Source of the DNA: a virus
UHGV virus genome: UHGV-0206950
Strand: one strand, 5' to 3'
Length of the DNA stretch: 42,472 nucleotides
In this document: positions 37,547-42,472 of the stretch, piece by piece
Position numbering within the stretch: the stretch's first letter is position 1
How the letters are laid out: each line of letters begins with the position of its first letter
Program-made: the position numbers and the translations under genes
The notes under the pieces: generated by a model
Databases searched by the model: none
The model's input: the letters and a program-made list of their open reading frames with translations, nothing else
Told to the model about the DNA's origin: nothing

Positions 37547-39819
37547 TATGCATTCTCCTGGGATTTGTTCAGTTCAGCGATACGTTCATCTTTGATGGTT
37601 GTCAGGCGACGCAGGCGCCCACTTAAATAGCGCGCATGTTGCGTGTCACCCTTCGCCTCTGCGTCCTTGCGATGCACCTCTGCTTCACGGGCAATCGAAG
37701 AATAAACCTTGTTGATCTCGTTCTCTGACACAGCTGATGCAAGGGTGTTTGCGACTTTGGTCAGTTTATCGTCCAGTTCCTGACGTACGCGGGCTGCATC
37801 CTCTGCGTTTTCGCTGGCGTTTTTGAGCGCAAATTCAGCTTTATTTTTCTGGCGATATTCCGGGTTATCGTACAGTCCCATGAAAATGTCAGCGCAGAAA
37901 CCAAGTGCAGACAGCGCTTTTTTGGTTGCGTCAGTCAGTGATTTTTTTGTCGCTTCACCATCGCAGATAGGGCCGTATTTACTGCCGTAGATATACGGGG
38001 TACACCCGAATGAAATCTCTTCACCGCGCGCACCATTCCGGATGTACCAAAGTCTGATTTTGATAACGTGGTGTTTCTCTGTCAGGATGCCGCCTACACC
38101 GTCGGGGATAAACTCCCATGTATTGTTACCGTCAGTCCCTTTGACTGTGCGAGTAATTGGCGCGCCATCGTCAAAGCGTTCCTCCAGAATATCGACACCC
38201 CAGCCGATACCTTTCGGACCAAATTCGCGGGTGGCGATCATGGTCATGTAGGTGCCATTGATTGAGGTTCCACCGCCATTCACAGAGAACGCGGAGGTAA
38301 AGCGTTCGTCTGTTTTGAATACTTCTTTCCACAACTCCAGGTTGTCGCTTTCGCCAGCCTGCATTTCATTAATGCTTTTAACCAGTTCGGACGCCTGGGG
38401 AAGCTGTTCTTCACGCTTAACACGCTCGACGAGCTGATCCGCATCCTGAACAATTGTTTTCACTTTATCACTCAGATTTTCATCCTGTTGAACGGTTGTA
38501 TCTTGGCTGGTCGCATATACTCCGTACCCCATATTATTTAGCGTTTCACGAGCTTGTTCCGCCTGGTCTTCTGTAACTCTTTCCTGTTCTGCCACTTCCG
38601 TTTTTTCACCTTCATTTGAGGCTGTTTCAGGCATAGTTCCATCACGCGAAAGCGTTTTGTCATCTTGGGTTGAATCCTGGGGTTGGGTATTGGTTTTAAC
38701 CCATTTAGGATCATCAGAGTCGCTGATACCGTCCACATATTCGCCGCGTTCTGCCGCAAGCTGCTTGCCGGTTCTTTCTGCATCCGTTTCGGCACATTCG
38801 AGTTGACCATGTTCAGCCAGCCATGAATCAATATGGCGTCGCAGTGACTCAGGGAAATGGTATGTATCTTTAGATGGGACATTCTGAATAACCCCAAAGA
38901 TACTCGGGCGGTCATATTTGAGAATCTGCACGGTAGTACGCAATGCAGCTGACCAACGTTTGAAATCCTCCCGGTCATCGGAAATCATTTTTTCTGCATC
39001 ACGGAGATTGCCTGATAACACAGGCGCATCAGGCGCGATGGGAAGTAGGGCAACGGCAATTTCCTGATCCAGTGTTGCGTAGGTGTGTTTATAACTACGT
39101 TGTGGCGCTACAGCTACATTGTCATTTTTAACGCAGGTACTGAGTGATGATGTTTTGTTTGGTACCATCTCATCACGCTTACCTGGGTTTTCCAGCCAGC
39201 GTTTAATAAATTGTGAAATCGCAGCTTTACCCGGTGTCTGATCTTCAAAGTTTGCGTAAATGGCCTGAATGAGATTATTAAGGCCTTCAACATGCATATG
39301 CTGCACGGGTTCGTTATTGTGCAGCGCGTGGAGAATATTGAGATTAACCCGATCATCCTCATCAAAGGATTCATCGTTATTTTCCAGATTATCGAGATAA
39401 TCCAGCACCTGAGAGTAAAGAACTCCATCGATGGGAGAATCGCTGAACATAAGGACGGCCGCGAAGCGTTCCCGGGATGGTAGCTTTGCCAGATCGATAA
39501 TCTCGTTACTGGCTGGCAGGTTTGAAACGTTGGTCTCCGGCTCGTTGATGATCCATTTTTCCCCATCGAATGTGTGTGCCAGGGCAAATTGTTCATCGAA
39601 CTTACCAACAGCCGGCAGCGGCAGACCTTCAGCATGTTCCCATAACTTGGGTTTGAAATAGTTGTCACCGTTGGCAGGGTAGGCTTCCCAGAGTTTGCCG
39701 GTCATGATGCTTTCTGCCACTTTTTTGTTTGGCGCATCAATTGCGATCGCCAGTTGAACGGCCCCGCAATCTTTAACCGCTGATTTTTTTGGCTCAAATA
39801 AGCCGTTGTAGATGGTCAT
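37546..39819 (-). CDS. Erf-family single-strand annealing protein with about 480-aa N-terminal extension of unknown function
   Basis: C-terminal third carries Erf-like block (…KSLTDATKKALSALGFCADIFMGLYD; cf. P22 Erf …SSYARKYCLNGLFGIDD); start preceded by GAGGAAAGACCAATG motif. Confidence 0.5.
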   Translation of the reverse strand: MTIYNGLFEPKKSAVKDCGAVQLAIAIDAPNKKVAESIMTGKLWEAYPANGDNYFKPKLWEHAEGLPLPAVGKFDEQFALAHTFDGEKWIINEPETNVSNLPASNEIIDLAKLPSRERFAAVLMFSDSPIDGVLYSQVLDYLDNLENNDESFDEDDRVNLNILHALHNNEPVQHMHVEGLNNLIQAIYANFEDQTPGKAAISQFIKRWLENPGKRDEMVPNKTSSLSTCVKNDNVAVAPQRSYKHTYATLDQEIAVALLPIAPDAPVLSGNLRDAEKMISDDREDFKRWSAALRTTVQILKYDRPSIFGVIQNVPSKDTYHFPESLRRHIDSWLAEHGQLECAETDAERTGKQLAAERGEYVDGISDSDDPKWVKTNTQPQDSTQDDKTLSRDGTMPETASNEGEKTEVAEQERVTEDQAEQARETLNNMGYGVYATSQDTTVQQDENLSDKVKTIVQDADQLVERVKREEQLPQASELVKSINEMQAGESDNLELWKEVFKTDERFTSAFSVNGGGTSINGTYMTMIATREFGPKGIGWGVDILEERFDDGAPITRTVKGTDGNNTWEFIPDGVGGILTEKHHVIKIRLWYIRNGARGEEISFGCTPYIYGSKYGPICDGEATKKSLTDATKKALSALGFCADIFMGLYDNPEYRQKNKAEFALKNASENAEDAARVRQELDDKLTKVANTLASAVSENEINKVYSSIAREAEVHRKDAEAKGDTQHARYLSGRLRRLTTIKDERIAELNKSQENA

Positions 39820-39864
39820 TGGTCTTTCCTCTTTGGTTACTGGCGCTGGTCTGGCGCCGGCTGA

Positions 39865-40188
39865 TCAAAATGGGATGTCGCTTTCCTGAACAGGGGTATG
39901 ATCAATGCACAGCAGTTGCTGAATTTTGTCGTCGACACGGTCAATCTGACGTTGTGCTTCTGCCGCAATCGTCTCTTTCTGTCCGCGCAGCTGGTCGACC
40001 TGCAGAGCAATGATGTCGAATGGTTCAGGCTGGTTTATATCGATGGTAATTTCACGGGTTTCCAACAAAACGTAGGTGTCCGGAAAGTTGCGTGACATGT
40101 CACAGGTGGCAACGATGTATTTATCCGAAGAAAACGTTTGAGTGTGGTAGTGAATGTACAGTTTTACTGGAATGGCAAGCGCTTCCAT
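39865..40188 (-). CDS. hypothetical early-left protein (107 aa)
   Basis: ORF with AAGGAG SD. Confidence 0.4.
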   Translation of the reverse strand: MEALAIPVKLYIHYHTQTFSSDKYIVATCDMSRNFPDTYVLLETREITIDINQPEPFDIIALQVDQLRGQKETIAAEAQRQIDRVDDKIQQLLCIDHTPVQESDIPF

Positions 40189-40352
40189 AGCGGCTCCTTA
40201 GTGATGTATACTCAGAGCCGATCAGTGTTGGCTCTGTCCTGCATTGGTCTTTCCTCGCTACAGGGTTGGTCCCCTGTGGCACCTTCCTGGCGGATTGGTC
40301 TCCGCTGGGGTAAATCAGCCCACTCAGGTGGGCTTTTTTACGTCTAAAGTTT

Positions 40353-40368
40353 GCCGGTCTTTCCCGGC
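40353..40368 (-). promoter_or_regulatory. RNA hairpin GCCGG-GAAAGA-CCGGC (leftward-transcript sense)
   Basis: read directly; one of three hairpins sharing loop GAAAGA. Confidence 0.45.
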
Positions 40369-40401
40369 AGTCAGGGCTGGTCATGCCCATTGGTCTTTCC
40401 T

Positions 40402-40417
40402 CCCGGTCTTTCCCGGG
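40402..40417 (-). promoter_or_regulatory. RNA hairpin CCCGG-GAAAGA-CCGGG immediately 5' of a GAGGAAAGACCAATG initiation motif
   Basis: read directly. Confidence 0.45.
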
Positions 40418-40901
40418 GTCAGAGCAGGTCAGGCTCTTTGGTCTTTCCTCGCCGCTTCCCTCTCTTCGAGGGCTTCGGTTTTCACCGAAGGGTCACAAAA
40501 TAGTTACTGTGTAAAAAAGGAGCCCATCGTAGGGACTGGGCAAAGACTACACACAGCAATGGCGATATATGAATGTGGCGCCAGATGCTTATCTTCTGGT
40601 TGCCGTCTAAGCGGCTGCAATTCACCACAATCAAAAAGAGCGAGCCGCGCCCAATTACACGCCGGGATTGGGATTCCCTAATTACAGACGTTGGCCACTA
40701 TGGTTTTTAACGCCCGCGCTCTTTGATTGTGGTGCTCCGTTAACGGGGAGCAGGCGGCTCTTTAAGCCTCACGGGGCGTTCTATGCGCGGGATACTGAGC
40801 GAAACCGCGTTCACTGCCGTGACAGGGGGCTTGTGTGGCGTTACGCACCCATTGCTCTTACCTTCCACCACTGCAACGAATCGAATTCAGTTGCGGTCTT
40901 T

Positions 40902-40917
40902 CCCGCATGTCATCGTA
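40902..40917 (-). promoter_or_regulatory. RNA hairpin UGCGG-GAAAGA-CCGCA
   Basis: read directly. Confidence 0.4.
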
Positions 40918-40943
40918 CTGTCGGCGACCCGAGGCAATTCTCG

Positions 40944-41090
40944 TTAAATAAGTCCGCTTGCCAAGTCTTCGCGGATACATGCTGAAGCCATCCAGAAGAC
41001 CCATTCTGATTCCCAAAGGTACTGATACGCGGTTTCCCACGAGACCCCATGAGATCTGATCAGCATATCGGTCATGTCTTTCTTGGTCAT
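40944..41090 (-). CDS. small ORF (48 aa), first ORF of early-left transcript
   Basis: ATG preceded by TTGAGGAAAGACCAATATG, identical in form to the motif in front of the gene at 22; below the 60-aa ORF-track cutoff. Confidence 0.3.
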   Translation of the reverse strand: MTKKDMTDMLIRSHGVSWETAYQYLWESEWVFWMASACIREDLASGLI

Positions 41091-41187
41091 ATTGGTCTTT
41101 CCTCAATTCGGCGTCTGTCTTTCCAGACCGTCAGAACGTTTTTCTGAACAACTGCCGCGTGGTTAGTGCGTCGTTGATGGATTGAAG

Positions 41188-41203
41188 CTTAACTAAAGGT
41201 AAG
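41188..41203. promoter_or_regulatory. operator OL1: CTTAACTAAAGGTAAG (reverse complement CTTACCTTTAGTTAAG)
   Basis: 16-bp interrupted palindrome, 14/16 identical to the site in the cI-cro intergenic region. Confidence 0.55.
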
Positions 41204-41222
41204 CTAATGGTCAACGGTTTTG

Positions 41223-41238
41223 CTTAAAAAAAGTTAAG
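41223..41238. promoter_or_regulatory. operator OL2: CTTAAAAAAAGTTAAG, a 16-bp interrupted palindrome sharing half-site GTTAAG
   Basis: read directly; 19 bp from OL1; -35-like TTGACC (rc of 41209-41214) just upstream on leftward strand. Confidence 0.45.
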
Positions 41239-41276
41239 TTAAGGCGCTATGTTCTGTAACCTGCTGAAAATTTTAT

Positions 41277-41678
41277 TTATTTTTTTTGTGATTTTTTTCT
41301 GGCAGCTAATAGCTCTTCGAAAAGAGCGTTGAAGTCATCAACCTTTTGCTCTAATTCAGCCAAATGCCGGTCTTTTTCTGACTCAGGAAGGGAATCGAAA
41401 AGCTCAAGTAGTTTGAGTTGGCGATCGTCTAACTCTGTGGGAATTTCCGATGGGGGTAATGGAGTTTGGTCATCATCTCCATAAAGTAGCCACGTAGGAG
41501 AGCACTTCAGGACTTTACTTAATGCGAATAGATTCTTGCCACGGGGCTGCGTTTCACCGCTTTCCCATTTAAATATAGTGACGTGTGAAACCTTCACAGC
41601 ATCCGCGAGTTTCTGCTGTGACATATCTAATTGTGTTCTTCTGCTGCGGATACGGTCGTTCAGTTCGATGTTCTTCAT
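41277..41678 (-). CDS. CI-like repressor, XRE-family HTH only (no S24 peptidase domain)
   Basis: HTH QQKLADAVKVSHVTIFKWESGETQP; 133 aa, acidic helical C-terminus without Ser/Lys protease motifs; divergent from cro-like gene. Confidence 0.7.
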   Translation of the reverse strand: MKNIELNDRIRSRRTQLDMSQQKLADAVKVSHVTIFKWESGETQPRGKNLFALSKVLKCSPTWLLYGDDDQTPLPPSEIPTELDDRQLKLLELFDSLPESEKDRHLAELEQKVDDFNALFEELLAARKKSQKK

Positions 41679-41701
41679 AGGGTTAATGTAAATTAATTTG
41701 A

Positions 41702-41717
41702 CTTACCTTATGTTAAG
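41702..41717. promoter_or_regulatory. operator OR: CTTACCTTATGTTAAG overlapping -35 TTGACT (41698-41703) of rightward promoter
   Basis: read directly; near-identical to reverse complement of OL1. Confidence 0.55.
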
Positions 41718-41756
41718 TTGTAGTTTCCAAACAAACGTTAATACCTGGAGGTGTGT

Positions 41757-41960
41757 GTGCTTACAAAAGATGCAATAAATTATTTTGGTAGTAAGGCCAA
41801 ATTGGCAAAAGCACTGGGTGTATCTCAGCCCGCAGTTTCTCGTTGGGGATTGCATATCCCAGAAAAGAGGGCCGCTCGTCTGGCTCTTATGACTGCTGGT
41901 GAGCTTGTATACGATCCATGCGAATACCAGGACATTTCAAAGACTGATGACGCAGCTTAA
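41757..41960 (+). CDS. Cro-like / YdaS-family HTH regulator
   Basis: KDAINYFGSKAKLAKALGVSQPAVSRWG...PEKRAARLALMTAGELVYDP matches YdaS/Cro-family pattern; GTG start 6 nt after GGAGGT. Confidence 0.55.
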   Translation: MLTKDAINYFGSKAKLAKALGVSQPAVSRWGLHIPEKRAARLALMTAGELVYDPCEYQDISKTDDAA

Positions 41961-41979
41961 CAAAGGGCGTATTTGAAAT

Positions 41980-42003
41980 CTGATTACGCTTAATCAGGTT
42001 TTC
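41980..42003 (+). terminator. tR1-like rho-independent terminator between cro-like and next gene (stem ctgatta/taatcag, loop cgct, GTTTTC)
   Basis: read directly; part of 25-bp repeat also present at 36812-36836. Confidence 0.5.
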
Positions 42004-42024
42004 AGCGACAGGAGACGCGACGAA

Positions 42025-42471
42025 GTGGAAAACCTCGACGAACTGAAAAGAGAAATCTTCAATTGGGCTGCTGAGCGCGGGCAGGAGCATGTTGCTATCG
42101 AGATCACTCGCATGTGGTTTCGAATGGGTGGCAATACCAGCTGCGTAAAACTTCACCCGATGGAGGATTCGAAAGGTAATGCTGACTGGCGGGCAATCAA
42201 CAACAACCGGCAGCAGATTTTTCGCTGGCTACGTGGTGAGACGAAAGCGGCAAGAATCAAAACTAAAGCGCTGGCCATGGCGATGGAAGCTGCATTGCCT
42301 GCGGAACGGTATGCACAGCTGGGAATGACCACTCAGCAGTTAATTTGCATTGCGATTCGTGATTTTGCCGCGGCGATTATTGCTCTGTTGCTTGATGCAA
42401 GGGATCGACCCCAGCGGATAGCACAGGCATTACAAGCCATACAGGAAACACAGCGCCTGACCAGCGTTTAA
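42025..42471 (+). CDS. YdaT-like / cII-position regulatory protein (148 aa)
   Basis: GTG start with GGAGA upstream; follows YdaS-like gene as in Rac ydaS-ydaT. Confidence 0.45.
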   Translation: MENLDELKREIFNWAAERGQEHVAIEITRMWFRMGGNTSCVKLHPMEDSKGNADWRAINNNRQQIFRWLRGETKAARIKTKALAMAMEAALPAERYAQLGMTTQQLICIAIRDFAAAIIALLLDARDRPQRIAQALQAIQETQRLTSV

Positions 42472-42472
42472 C

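Noticed and set aside
40121-40985. ORFs 40121-40390(-), 40138-40347(+), 40244-40681(+) and 40668-40985(+) as protein genes
   Set aside because: They mutually overlap in several frames within a GC-rich leader and have biased, low-complexity compositions. The region is better explained as regulatory or non-coding, although the minus-strand ORF at 40390 does carry the initiation motif.
39817-41105. CRISPR-like array suggested by repeated GGTCTTTCC
   Set aside because: The repeats are 9-15 bp with irregular spacing of 35-650 bp and no uniform spacers, so they are not CRISPR.
40858-41106. 82-aa minus-strand ORF as an N-like antiterminator
   Set aside because: It has no arginine-rich N-terminal motif and is acidic rather than basic. 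Its start at 41106 reads through the initiation motif itself, so the 48-aa ORF from 41090 is more plausible.

Overview
The window reads as one complete, circularly permuted temperate phage genome of about 42.5 kb, with enterobacterial-type GC content and codon usage. Almost everything is on the + strand in classic modular order.

- Window start (1-7 kb): an early-right module with an unknown gene, an O-like replication initiator carrying internal iteron-like repeats, a DnaB-family helicase, two unknown ORFs, and three consecutive translationally coupled orphan DNA methyltransferases (MT-A70 type, a DPPH type, and a large C5-MTase with about seven tandem TRD-like repeats).
- 7.4-9.4 kb: a rho-independent terminator, then a sigma70 promoter with a perfect LexA (SOS) box, a small ORF, nin-like genes (a YbcO/DUF1364-like protein), a Q-like antiterminator and a tR'-like terminator.
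- 9.8-11.6 kb: a lysis cassette (2-TMD holin, SAR endolysin, i-spanin with embedded lipoprotein o-spanin) plus an AT-rich moron.
- 11.6-33.7 kb: terminase small and large subunits, portal, a Mu-F/SPP1-gp7-like head protein, a NUDIX-hydrolase::scaffold fusion, decoration-like and major-capsid-like proteins, connector proteins, sheath, tube, a tail chaperone with a -1 frameshift at a T8 run, tape measure, baseplate genes, an AT-rich secreted moron, a tail fibre and its assembly protein.
- 33.7-34.7 kb (- strand, then +): an inverted alternative tail-fibre segment (Mu G-segment-like), followed on the + strand by a Gin/Hin-family invertase that is broken by an internal deletion.
- 35.2-36.4 kb: an internal attP core identical to 60 nt of the tRNA-Ser(UGA) 3' end, a terminator, and a P4-type integrase with an excisionase.
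- 36.4-41.1 kb (- strand): the early-left operon, with a Gp157-like protein, a 757-aa Erf-family protein carrying a long N-terminal extension, and small ORFs.
- 40.2-41.3 kb: a largely non-coding leader. It holds three GC-stem hairpins with identical GAAAGA loops and many copies of the transcript-sense motif GGAAAGACC, which also forms the GAGGAAAGACCAAT(A)TG translation-initiation region of at least six genes on both strands.
- Window end (41.3-42.5 kb): the immunity region, with a short CI-like repressor lacking a peptidase domain, CTTACC-N4-GTTAAG operators on both sides, a Cro/YdaS-like gene, a tR1-like terminator and a YdaT/cII-position gene.

The most interesting candidates are: (i) the expanded multi-repeat C5-MTase within the three-MTase cluster; (ii) the NUDIX-scaffold fusion next to the ART-fold-like Mu-F head protein; (iii) the LexA-boxed promoter feeding a small ORF and Q in a phage whose repressor cannot self-cleave; and (iv) the reiterated GGAAAGACC/GAAAGA-hairpin RNA motif in the early leaders, which suggests an uncharacterised antitermination or translation-control system.
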